Shown here: positions 1 through 8,897 of the stretch, one piece after another | Layout of the letters: each line of letters starts with the position of its first letter | Position numbering within the stretch: the stretch's first letter is position 1 | Assembly (NCBI GenBank): GCA_044440125.1 | Contig: JBITAJ010000027.1 | Span: forward strand, 32,001 to 96,000 | Length of the DNA stretch: 64,000 bases | Origin: Sedimentisphaeraceae bacterium JB056 | Lineage (GTDB): Bacteria > Planctomycetota > Phycisphaerae > Sedimentisphaerales > Sedimentisphaeraceae | Direction: 5' to 3' | Notes under the pieces: model-generated | What the model saw: only the letters and a program-made list of their open reading frames with translations | The model's database searches: none | What the model was told of the DNA's origin: nothing | Position numbers and translations under genes: made by a program

Positions 1-1
1 T

Positions 2-736
2 ATGATTGACCGTCCTGTTGGGCATGGTGACTATCTGATCATGCTTTTTCATCATCCTACGGTTATTGGTTTTGATGGCAGGACAAAACATTCTGCGGGA
101 GGAGAGATTATTATCTGGCCTCCGGGCGTGAGACAGAAATACGGGTATACTGAAGAAATGTCTGAAACATGGACGCATTCATGGATTCATATAGACGGCA
201 ATTTGCTGGCAAAATATATTCGTGAATCGCGTCTGCCTATTGACAAGCCGTTTTCGCCTGTCGCGGCAGATATGTTTGATGATTATCTCTATCGTTTGTA
301 TAGGGAAGTGACAGAGAATGTAAATCCTGACGATATTATCGTTTCCAATTTTGTTCAGAATATGCTGAGGGAGTTTGGCAGGGTGCTGTATCGCAGTGAT
401 AATTCACATATGGTTCCGGAAGAAATGCTGCGTGCGAAAAATATGATAGAGCAATTTGCAGATCAAAATCTAATGCTGGAGCAGGTTGCTGAGGTTGGCG
501 GTTATTCTGTGCCGCATTTTTGTGTGCTTTTTAAGGAATACTTCGGGGTTTCGCCTATTGCCTATGCTACCCAGGTTCGTATGCAGCAGGCGACCTATTT
601 GCTTCAGGATAGAAATCGGCAGATAACAGCCATAGCCAAAGAGCTTGGCTATAAAGATGTCTACCACTTTTCAAAGCGTTTCAAAGAGTTCTTCGGCTAC
701 AGCCCAAAACAGCAGCGAAAGAGCGATATCAATTGA
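2..736 (+). CDS. AraC-family transcriptional regulator (probably 5'-truncated by window edge)
   Basis: N-terminal cupin-like region and C-terminal double HTH (LEQVAEVGGYSVPHF...IAKELGYKDVYHFSKRFKEFFGYSP). Confidence 0.9.
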   Translation: MIDRPVGHGDYLIMLFHHPTVIGFDGRTKHSAGGEIIIWPPGVRQKYGYTEEMSETWTHSWIHIDGNLLAKYIRESRLPIDKPFSPVAADMFDDYLYRLYREVTENVNPDDIIVSNFVQNMLREFGRVLYRSDNSHMVPEEMLRAKNMIEQFADQNLMLEQVAEVGGYSVPHFCVLFKEYFGVSPIAYATQVRMQQATYLLQDRNRQITAIAKELGYKDVYHFSKRFKEFFGYSPKQQRKSDIN

Positions 737-762
737 TAATTAACAATTGATATCGGATAATT
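724..762. repeat. Palindromic heptamer array (CAATTGA/TAATTAA family)
   Basis: CGATATCAATTG-ATAATTAA-CAATTGATATCG: 12-bp perfect arms, 7-nt period, overlaps the AraC stop codon. Confidence 0.75.
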
Positions 763-788
763 TTGACTGCGAAATGCACTGATGAATT

Positions 789-1577
789 TCAGCTTTCTTT
801 TTCCCAGATAATGTCGCCTACCCATATTTCACGTATTGTTCCATCGAGTTTTCGCAGCAGGAACTGGCCGTTTTCTCCGAGTCCTACGAAGAATCCTTCA
901 TCAACCTTTTTGTCTGATTCCACGACCTCGAGTCCTCGACCAAGTCCGTAGGCTATTTTCATCCATTGGTTTACTATAGCGGATGTCGGCTGCTGGAACC
1001 AGATGGTGAGCCATCTATCGAGGCTTTCGAGTATTACGGGCAGAATGTCATCGGGTTTGTGTTTTTTTGTAGTCTCTGCGTATATTGATGTTGCGGGTGA
1101 ATCTATGCCGTTAAGTGCTTGGTTGTCGAGGTTTACGTTAATTCCTATGCCGCAGATAGCACATATCTTGCCGTTAAGATAGGCCGTTTCAGAAAGTATG
1201 CCGCACAGTTTTTTGTTTCCCACGTATATGTCGTTAGGCCATTTTACCCTGCAGTCAAGTCCGAATTGCGTCATAGCTTCTGCCACAGCAACACCTGCGG
1301 CAAGGGTTATAGTGGTTATTTCTGATTGTTTCTTGGCTGTTATGTCAATAAGAAATGAGAATGTCAGGCTCATATTCTTTCCAGAATACCAGCTTCTTTC
1401 TTTTCGCCCGCGGCCGTTGGTCTGATTGCGGGCAATTATTACCGAACCGTTGCGTATGGCAGGGTCGCAGTCTACGATCTGACGCCTTATATAGTTGTTT
1501 GTAGAGTCGACACTCTCGAGCGTTATTGTATTGTTGAAAAGCCTGTATTTTGATGACGCCACTGAATTTACTTTCAT
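789..1577 (-). CDS. birA: Biotin--protein ligase (no N-terminal HTH)
   Basis: DSTNNY, QTNGRGRKERSW, KWPNDI and KLCGIL motifs; divergent from a biotin-dependent decarboxylase operon. Confidence 0.95.
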   Translation of the reverse strand: MKVNSVASSKYRLFNNTITLESVDSTNNYIRRQIVDCDPAIRNGSVIIARNQTNGRGRKERSWYSGKNMSLTFSFLIDITAKKQSEITTITLAAGVAVAEAMTQFGLDCRVKWPNDIYVGNKKLCGILSETAYLNGKICAICGIGINVNLDNQALNGIDSPATSIYAETTKKHKPDDILPVILESLDRWLTIWFQQPTSAIVNQWMKIAYGLGRGLEVVESDKKVDEGFFVGLGENGQFLLRKLDGTIREIWVGDIIWEKES

Positions 1578-1647
1578 ATTAGTATTCTTTGTTTCTTATT
1601 ATGAGTGTGTATTGTACATCAAAATACAAAAAAGGAAAGATTAAGTG

Positions 1648-1676
1648 TTGACTTTTCACAATAAAACGTGTCTAAT
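1648..1676 (+). promoter_or_regulatory. Putative sigma70 promoter of oadGAB
   Basis: TTGACT-N17-TCTAAT upstream of AGGAG RBS and GTG start at 1752. Confidence 0.5.
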
Positions 1677-1751
1677 ATCGTCAATTTGCGTTTACCGGGA
1701 GCGGTAGCCCGGTATAACTAATTTACAATTATCAAAATACAGGAGTATTCT

Positions 1752-1982
1752 GTGATAGATCAAGGTGCAAATTTCATGGAAGGCGTGGAATTTATGGTAG
1801 TAGGTATGGGAGTAGTGTTCAGCTTCCTCGTACTTATGGTTATTGTGATGCAGGTCAATGCGGCTGTTATCACAAGATTTTTCCCGGAAAAAGAAGAGCC
1901 AGTACAGCAGGCATCAGGTGCCGGCGGTGACAGGGCCAAAATAGCGGCAGCGATAGCAATCGCACGGGCCCAAAAGGCGTAA
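1752..1982 (+). CDS. oadG: Na+-translocating decarboxylase gamma subunit
   Basis: GMGVVFSFLVLM single TM helix, C-terminal IAAAIAIA motif, first gene before oadA and oadB. Confidence 0.85.
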   Translation: MIDQGANFMEGVEFMVVGMGVVFSFLVLMVIVMQVNAAVITRFFPEKEEPVQQASGAGGDRAKIAAAIAIARAQKA

Positions 1983-2016
1983 ACAAGATTCAATCAAGAT
2001 TAAGGAATTATAAACG

Positions 2017-3825
2017 ATGGCAAAAAAGCAAGTAAAGGTTATGATAACCGCATTTCGTGACGGTTTTCAGAGTTGTTATGGAGCTCGAGTATTAACTGAA
2101 GATTTTATGCCTGCAGTGGCTGCGGCAAGAGATGCCGGTATCACTCACTTTGAGGCAGGCGGTGGAGCACGTTTCCAGTCGCTTTTCTTCTACTGTAACG
2201 AGAGCGCATTCGATATGATGGATAAGTTCAGGGAAGTTGCGGGCCCTGATGCGAACCTTCAGACACTTGCCCGTGGTGTTAACGTTGTGGGTTTGGAATC
2301 ACAAAGTCGTGATGTTATCAAAGCTCATGCCGATCTGTTCAAGAAGCACGGTATTACAACTATCCGTAACTTTGATGCTCTTAATGATGTAAACAACCTG
2401 ATCTATTCTGGTCAGTGTATTCATGATGCAGGACTTAAGCACGAAGTTGTTGTTACAATGATGGAACTTCCTCCAGGATGTGAAGGCTCACATACTCCAG
2501 AGTTCTATGAGCAAACACTCAAGCAGATTCTTGATGCAGGTATTCCTTATGATTCAGTATGTTTCAAGGATGCATCAGGTACATCAACTCCTCAGAAGGT
2601 TTATGACACAATGAAGCTCGCACGCAAGATGCTTCCTGCTGAGATATCCCTTCGTATGCACACACACGAGACAGCCGGTAATGGCGTAATGTGTTATCGT
2701 GCGGCTCTTGACGGCGGTGCTGATGCTATCGACCTTTCGCTTGCACCATGTTCAGGCGGTACTGCTCAGACTGATGCGCTTGTAATGTGGCATGCACTTC
2801 GCGGTACAGATTTCGATCTTGGCTTCGATCCAGAGAAGCTTCGTGAGGCAGAGGGTGTATTCAAGGATTGTATGAAAGAATACTTCTTCCCACCAGAGGC
2901 AGCAGCAGTTGAGCCGCTGATCCCATGGTCTCCTATGCCTGGTGGTGCTCTCACAGCAAATACACAGATGCTTCGTGATAACGGACTTATGGATAAGTAT
3001 CCTGAAATTATTCAGGCTATGAGTGAGACAGTTCGCAAGGGCGGTTTCGGTACTTCTGTAACACCTGTTTCACAGTTCTACTTCCAGCAGGCATTCAACA
3101 ACGTAATGTTTGGCCCATGGGAGAAGATCGCTGACGGTTACGGCAAGATGGTTCTCGGCTACTTCGGTAAGACTCCTTGCACTCCTGATGCGGAAGTTAT
3201 CAAGATTGCCTCTGAGCAGCTCAAGCTTGAGCCGACTACTGATAGCCCTGTTGATATCAATGACCGTGACGAGAGTAAAGGTCTTGCACAGGCTAAGAAG
3301 AAAGTTGTCGATGCAGGTCTTGAAGCTACAGATGAGAATGTGTTCATTGTTGCTACTTGCGGCGATAAGGGTATTACATTCCTTAAGGGTGAAGCTAAGC
3401 TTGGTATTCGTAAGAATGAACCGGCTAAGGAAGCAGCATCTACTGAGGCCGGCAACGACTGCTATGATGTTACTCTTGACGGCAAGGTTTACACTGTTAA
3501 GCTTAGCGGTAAGCAGGCAGTTGTTAACGGCAAGACATTCAACTATACAGTCGGTGCTTCAGAAGGCGGCGATGCTTCTGGCAGCAAGTCTTCAAATGCA
3601 ACAGGCCAGGTTGATACTGTAAAAGCTAAACTTCCTGGTGCGGTTGTTAAGGTCCTTGTAGAAGAAGGCGAAGACGTTGATGAAGGCCAGACAATTATGA
3701 TACTTGAAGCAATGAAGATGGAGACAGAGGTCAAGAGCCTTGTTTCCGGAACAATTGAAGAAATAAGTGTCAAGGTTGGTGATCAGGTCAAAGCAGATCA
3801 GGTACTTGTAACAATTAACATGTAA
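2017..3825 (+). CDS. oadA: Oxaloacetate decarboxylase alpha subunit (carboxyltransferase plus biotin carrier)
   Basis: RDGFQS, HTH metal motif, MPGG, VTPVSQ, C-terminal EAMKM biotinylation motif. Confidence 0.9.
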   Translation: MAKKQVKVMITAFRDGFQSCYGARVLTEDFMPAVAAARDAGITHFEAGGGARFQSLFFYCNESAFDMMDKFREVAGPDANLQTLARGVNVVGLESQSRDVIKAHADLFKKHGITTIRNFDALNDVNNLIYSGQCIHDAGLKHEVVVTMMELPPGCEGSHTPEFYEQTLKQILDAGIPYDSVCFKDASGTSTPQKVYDTMKLARKMLPAEISLRMHTHETAGNGVMCYRAALDGGADAIDLSLAPCSGGTAQTDALVMWHALRGTDFDLGFDPEKLREAEGVFKDCMKEYFFPPEAAAVEPLIPWSPMPGGALTANTQMLRDNGLMDKYPEIIQAMSETVRKGGFGTSVTPVSQFYFQQAFNNVMFGPWEKIADGYGKMVLGYFGKTPCTPDAEVIKIASEQLKLEPTTDSPVDINDRDESKGLAQAKKKVVDAGLEATDENVFIVATCGDKGITFLKGEAKLGIRKNEPAKEAASTEAGNDCYDVTLDGKVYTVKLSGKQAVVNGKTFNYTVGASEGGDASGSKSSNATGQVDTVKAKLPGAVVKVLVEEGEDVDEGQTIMILEAMKMETEVKSLVSGTIEEISVKVGDQVKADQVLVTINM

Positions 3826-3834
3826 TCAAAGGTA

Positions 3835-5265
3835 ATGATCGTGAATATGTTTGAGAAAATAAAAACTCGAAGCTTCTCTATGCTTACTATAGCAATGCTT
3901 CTCGCTGTTATGACAATGTCTTTCAGCAGTGTTGCGGTTGCAGAAGAGCCGGCTGCGAGTGAAAAAATAGAAGCTATGGCCTCTGAGGTTGATACCCAGG
4001 CGGCCGAAGCGCAAGAGTCAAGTAAGTTTATGGCTCTATGGAAAGATACTGGTATCTACAGGTTTATCTTCCCTAAGACCCAAGAGGAAAAAGAGGCAGA
4101 ATATGCGGCCGCTTTGATAAAAGCTGAAGAAGCTGATAAAAAAGCTCACGAGCATATTGAAAGCATTCTTCCAGAAGGATTAAGCCGTATTATTATGATT
4201 GCGGTTGGTATCCTCCTGATATGGCTTGCTATCAAGAAGGGTTTTGAGCCGCTTCTTCTCCTGCCTATCGGGTTTGGTTGTATACTTGCCAATATCCCAG
4301 TTGCGGGAATTGCAGAGGCTGGTTTGCCTGGTAATCCTGACGGATTTCTTTATATAATCTACAGTATGGGTGTTAAGTCTGGTTTGTTCCCACTGCTCAT
4401 CTTCATGGGTGTTGGAGCTATGACAGACTTCGGTCCGCTTATTGCCAATCCTAAGACAGCTCTGCTTGGTGCGGCTGCTCAGTTTGGTATTTTTGCTACT
4501 CTTATAGGTGCTTTGGTACTTCCTCTTGGATTTACTTTGAAGCAGGCAAGTGCCATCGGTATTATTGGCGGTGCGGATGGTCCAACGGCTATTTTCCTGT
4601 CAGGCAGGCTTGCTCCTGAGCTTATGGGTGCTATTGCGGTTGCGGCTTATTCATATATGGCTCTTGTACCTGTAATTCAGCCTCCGATTATGCGTTTCTT
4701 TACTTCAAAGTCAGAACGTATGATTGAGATGAAGCAGCTTCGCCATGTATCAAAGACAGAGAAGATCGTGTTCCCGCTGGTAGTTCTGGTTCTTTGTGTT
4801 CTGCTTCTGCCATCAGCATGTCCTCTTATCGGTGCGTTGATGTTTGGTAATCTTGCCAAGGAATCAGGCGTAGTGAATAGGCTTAGCGATACAATGCAGA
4901 ATTCACTTATCAATATCGTAACTATCATGCTCGGTCTTGCGGTTGGTTCAAAGCTTGCTTATGACAAGTTCCTCAACTGGCAGACAGTAGGTATTCTTGC
5001 TCTGGGTATCGTTGCCTTTGGTATTGGTACTGCTTGCGGTGTACTTCTTGCTAAGATCATGAATGCGATATGCAAGGATAAGATTAATCCGCTTATCGGT
5101 GCGGCTGGTGTTTCTGCTGTTCCTATGGCAGCACGTGTAGCCAACAAGGTAGGTCTTGAGGAAAATCCTCATAACTTCCTGCTTATGCATGCGATGGGCC
5201 CTAACGTGGCCGGTGTTATCGGTTCTGCGGTAGCGGCTGGTGTACTTCTGGCTCTCTGCGGCTGA
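3835..5265 (+). CDS. oadB: Na+-translocating decarboxylase beta subunit, with N-terminal extension
   Basis: [34 protein letters not shown] and [14 protein letters not shown] motifs. Confidence 0.95.
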   Translation: MIVNMFEKIKTRSFSMLTIAMLLAVMTMSFSSVAVAEEPAASEKIEAMASEVDTQAAEAQESSKFMALWKDTGIYRFIFPKTQEEKEAEYAAALIKAEEADKKAHEHIESILPEGLSRIIMIAVGILLIWLAIKKGFEPLLLLPIGFGCILANIPVAGIAEAGLPGNPDGFLYIIYSMGVKSGLFPLLIFMGVGAMTDFGPLIANPKTALLGAAAQFGIFATLIGALVLPLGFTLKQASAIGIIGGADGPTAIFLSGRLAPELMGAIAVAAYSYMALVPVIQPPIMRFFTSKSERMIEMKQLRHVSKTEKIVFPLVVLVLCVLLLPSACPLIGALMFGNLAKESGVVNRLSDTMQNSLINIVTIMLGLAVGSKLAYDKFLNWQTVGILALGIVAFGIGTACGVLLAKIMNAICKDKINPLIGAAGVSAVPMAARVANKVGLEENPHNFLLMHAMGPNVAGVIGSAVAAGVLLALCG

Positions 5266-5289
5266 TAAGACACCAAAATTAAAATAATT

Positions 5290-5328
5290 AAAGGCGATGA
5301 GTTTTTTATAAGCTCATCGCCTTTTTTT
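5290..5328 (+). terminator. Intrinsic terminator after oadB
   Basis: GGCGATGAG/CTCATCGCC stem followed by T7. Confidence 0.85.
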
Positions 5329-5585
5329 CGTGAGGGGGTGTAATTTAACGATTGGCGGTGGCTTTTGGAGTGCTTTACCAAACGAAGAGCGGTAAAGCTT
5401 TGGAATATCCCTACCTGAGAGGTGTTAGTGAGCCAAAAAACAGAATATTCTTGCAAGATTTTGTTAATTGGGTAGGATTTAAAGGGTTATGACTTGTTCA
5501 AAACCAAACATTTGAGATTTTGGGACGTTATAATAAGTGTAGAAGTAAAATTTTGTTTCTGAATAAGAACTTTAGGTGCAGATAA

Positions 5586-6581
5586 ATGCTGATAAGTATT
5601 AATAATGGACAGTTGAAAATTGGTGCAAAGGAAGAGCAGTCGCTCAGGGACGCACTCTTAGCAAATGAGATTAAAATCGGTGTTTGCGGCGGCAGGGGAA
5701 TATGCGGCAAATGCAAGCTAAAAGTGCAGAACTGTAAGCAGGAGTTCACTGAAGCGGAGAAGAAAAAGCTTTCTGAACAGGAGATTAGTGAGGGATTTCG
5801 ACTCGCTTGCCAGATAGAAGCGGTTGGAGGTATGGAGATATCGCTTCCTGATGATGTTATAGATCAACAGGATTTTTCTGCTGTCTGTACGAAAATAACG
5901 CCTCTGACCTCTGATGTGCGGATGTTTCGCTTTGACATGAAGGATTCTCAAACACTTGATTACATACCAGGCCAGTATGTTCAGCTTACAACGCCATCGG
6001 ATATTGAGGGATACCCCAGCGTTACAAGGACATTCTCAATAGCTTCTGACCCATCTGATAAGAGCTATTTTGAGCTTATAATAAAACGTACGCCAAATGG
6101 GAATTGCACAAGATATCTTTTCGAGAAAATTGAGGAGGGTACTGAGCTGGAGTTTATGGGGCCTGATGGAGATTTCAGGTTGACATGCAACGACAGCCCA
6201 ATGATATTTATAGCCGGCGGATCGGGCATGAGTGCTATAAGATGTCTGCTTATGGAAATGAGACGTACAAATTGCAAGCGTAAGACTACTTATTTCTTTG
6301 GTGCTCCAACTCCTGAGGGGCTATATATGCTTGATGAAATGAGTGCTTTTGAGAATGAGCTTTCCGAATTTAAATTCGTGCCGTGTGTCCAAACCGACCC
6401 TGCCTGCCAATGGAAGGGGGCAAAGGGGCTTGTTACCCAAGTGGTCAGCAGTTGTTATGATAAATGCAATGAGGCTGAGGCCTATCTTTGTGGTGCTCCT
6501 GGAATGATAAATGCATCTATACCTGTACTTGAGACCATAGGTGTTGACAAAAGCCGTATATACTATGACAGTTTTGGATGA
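5586..6581 (+). CDS. Soluble 2Fe-2S/FAD/NAD(P) oxidoreductase (NqrF-like, no membrane anchor)
   Basis: CGGRGICGKC...RLAC 2Fe-2S motif; RTFSIAS FAD motif; IAGGSG and YLCG NAD-binding motifs. Confidence 0.85.
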   Translation: MLISINNGQLKIGAKEEQSLRDALLANEIKIGVCGGRGICGKCKLKVQNCKQEFTEAEKKKLSEQEISEGFRLACQIEAVGGMEISLPDDVIDQQDFSAVCTKITPLTSDVRMFRFDMKDSQTLDYIPGQYVQLTTPSDIEGYPSVTRTFSIASDPSDKSYFELIIKRTPNGNCTRYLFEKIEEGTELEFMGPDGDFRLTCNDSPMIFIAGGSGMSAIRCLLMEMRRTNCKRKTTYFFGAPTPEGLYMLDEMSAFENELSEFKFVPCVQTDPACQWKGAKGLVTQVVSSCYDKCNEAEAYLCGAPGMINASIPVLETIGVDKSRIYYDSFG

Positions 6582-6691
6582 TAATTAACAATTAAGGAGT
6601 TCGCTTCGTGCAATCTTTGTTTATGGTTCTTGCCGTAACTGAATTTTCTACGAACTGCGAACTATGAACTTCCTATTTATAAGGTGAATTT

Positions 6692-7441
6692 ATGAGAGAG
6701 AGACTTTTAGTAATATGTATCGTGTTTTTTGCGACGGCATGTGTATTTGCCAAAGAAGCCTGCTGCAAAGAAATGAGTGTTGAGCGATTAATGGAAAAGA
6801 TAGCTGAAAAGGGCAGTGAACTTGAATCCTTTTCTGCTAATATAATGTATTCACTGACCGAAGATCCTGAGATATTCGAGACAACAACAATTTATACCGG
6901 TACATTTAACTATCTCAAAACAGAGCAAAGACAGTATGCGATGATAGATTTCATTACACGTCAGGAGGATGAACTGCCTGTTGAAGATTATCATCAGAGG
7001 TATGTATTTGACGGTGTTTGGCTGACGAGGATTGATTATCAACTTAAACAAGTAAATAAGGACCAGCTTGTACCCGAGGATGAGCCGGAGGATGTTTTCA
7101 AGCTGATAGGTGAGGATTTTCCGCTTATGGGATTTTCTGGGACAGACAGGCTCTCTGATCGTTATGATATAGAGTTTGAACAGTCTGATGATTCCAGGTC
7201 CTATGAGTTGAATCTCACTCCCAAGGAGCAATCCGATGTGAAATATTCAGAGATACGTTTTGTCATAGACAGTGGAACTCTTTTGCCTCGGAGCATAAAG
7301 GCGGTATCATCTTCTGATTCTTCCATTTGTGATATTCAACTTGACGGCAGCGTGATCAATACAGAACTGAATGAGGAAATCTTCAAGGTTGAAATTCCGG
7401 ATGATTTTACTGTCAGTGAGAATAAGCTTGAGAAAAAATAA
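6692..7441 (+). CDS. LolA-like periplasmic lipoprotein carrier/sorting protein
   Basis: Signal peptide; YVFDGVWL, YELNLTPK and C-terminal FKVEIP patterns typical of the LolA fold. Confidence 0.6.
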   Translation: MRERLLVICIVFFATACVFAKEACCKEMSVERLMEKIAEKGSELESFSANIMYSLTEDPEIFETTTIYTGTFNYLKTEQRQYAMIDFITRQEDELPVEDYHQRYVFDGVWLTRIDYQLKQVNKDQLVPEDEPEDVFKLIGEDFPLMGFSGTDRLSDRYDIEFEQSDDSRSYELNLTPKEQSDVKYSEIRFVIDSGTLLPRSIKAVSSSDSSICDIQLDGSVINTELNEEIFKVEIPDDFTVSENKLEKK

Positions 7442-7460
7442 TTGTTGATGCATTCAGCAT

Positions 7461-7500
7461 AAAAAAAGAGCGAGAGGTTTTTCAACCTTTCGCTCTTTTT
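7461..7500. terminator. Bidirectional intrinsic terminator
   Basis: A-run, GAGCGAGAGG/CCTTTCGCTC stem, T-run between convergent genes. Confidence 0.85.
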
Positions 7501-7525
7501 ATTTATCTATTTTTAAGAAGATAGA

Positions 7526-8779
7526 TTATTCAGCAGGCTTGATCTCTACAGCACCACTCTTCTCTTCTTTCTTCTCTTCCTTCTTTTCCTCTACTTTGAA
7601 CTCATTGTAGTAGACGATGTCGGCATTGTTAAGAAGGTCTTCACGGAACTTGCCGGCAAATTCTCTGCGGCTTCCGTCTTCAAGCTGATTCTTGATGTCT
7701 TCTTTAGCCTCTTCGAAAGTAACCGTCTTGGCATCTTTCTTATCGGTAACCTTGATGATATGGTATCCGAACTGAGTCTCGACAACATCACTCACATCGC
7801 CAACTTCCATTGAGAAAGCAGCATCAGAGAAAGGCTTGACCATTCTGCCGCGAGCGAAGAATCCAAGGTCGCCGCCGTTGCTTCCGCTTGGGCATTCTGA
7901 ATTCTCTTTAGCAAGAGCAGCAAAATCGCCGCCATCTTTAACCTGCTTCAGGATGCCTTCTATCTTGGCTTTTGCAGCAGCTTTATCTTCATCACTTGCA
8001 TCAGGAGCTACCTTAACAAGAATATGACTTGCTTTAACCTGTGATTCCTGCTGGAAACGCTGTGGGTTATCTTCGTAATACTTTTTGATATCTTCATCGC
8101 TAACTTTAGTTTCACCACCAGCCATCTTGTCCATCATCTTCTGGTATTTCATACCATTGCGAACCTGGCTGCGGAATTCTTCAAAGTCTCTGCCCATATC
8201 AGCAACGCGTTTTTTGAAGTCTTCTACTGTGATGTTATTTTCTGCGAGAATCTTTTCAATCTCAGCATCAAGCTCTGTGTCTGCAACGTTGATACCGTTT
8301 TCGTCGAATTTCTTCTCAAGAAGCTTCTGGAAAATAAGACTGTCAAGAGCACGCTTCTTGATAAGCTTAGACTGATTAGCTTTAACTTCTTCCGGCATAT
8401 TCTGAAGACGTGGAGCAACAAGCTCATCTACTTCAGCAATAGTGATTGTTACATCGCCTGCTTTTGCAGCAATATCGGCATTTTCATCTTTAGCCGCATC
8501 TTCTGTTGCTGATTCGGCTTTCATAGGGCAAACAGCTTTTGCATCTTTGCTGCATTCTGCCTTCTTTGCATCGCATTTTGCGGCATCTGCTTTCTTTGGA
8601 CATTTATCTGTACCGCATTTGGATGTATCACCACAGCAAGCTGCTGACTTATCCATACTGCATGTAGCTTTTGCGTCACATTTCGCTTTAGCATCACATT
8701 TCGCATCATCTGCGGCAAAAGCCACTGTAGCTACAGCGATTATTATTACTAAAACACTGATCTTCTTCAAACAAGTCAT
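7526..8779 (-). CDS. Exported parvulin-type peptidyl-prolyl isomerase (PrsA/SurA-like) with Cys-rich N-terminal segment
   Basis: VKASHILV, FAALAKENSECPSGSNGGDLGFF, ETQFGYHIIKV; signal peptide. Confidence 0.9.
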   Translation of the reverse strand: MTCLKKISVLVIIIAVATVAFAADDAKCDAKAKCDAKATCSMDKSAACCGDTSKCGTDKCPKKADAAKCDAKKAECSKDAKAVCPMKAESATEDAAKDENADIAAKAGDVTITIAEVDELVAPRLQNMPEEVKANQSKLIKKRALDSLIFQKLLEKKFDENGINVADTELDAEIEKILAENNITVEDFKKRVADMGRDFEEFRSQVRNGMKYQKMMDKMAGGETKVSDEDIKKYYEDNPQRFQQESQVKASHILVKVAPDASDEDKAAAKAKIEGILKQVKDGGDFAALAKENSECPSGSNGGDLGFFARGRMVKPFSDAAFSMEVGDVSDVVETQFGYHIIKVTDKKDAKTVTFEEAKEDIKNQLEDGSRREFAGKFREDLLNNADIVYYNEFKVEEKKEEKKEEKSGAVEIKPAE

Positions 8780-8897
8780 TCTTTTTCCTTTCAGTTTTTT
8801 CCGTTGGTTTTTAACGTGTATTACGATATTTTCCCGCTTTTGTTTGATAAGTCAAGCTAATTTGTGAAAAAGCAATGAACCTATCAGATAAAGCAAC

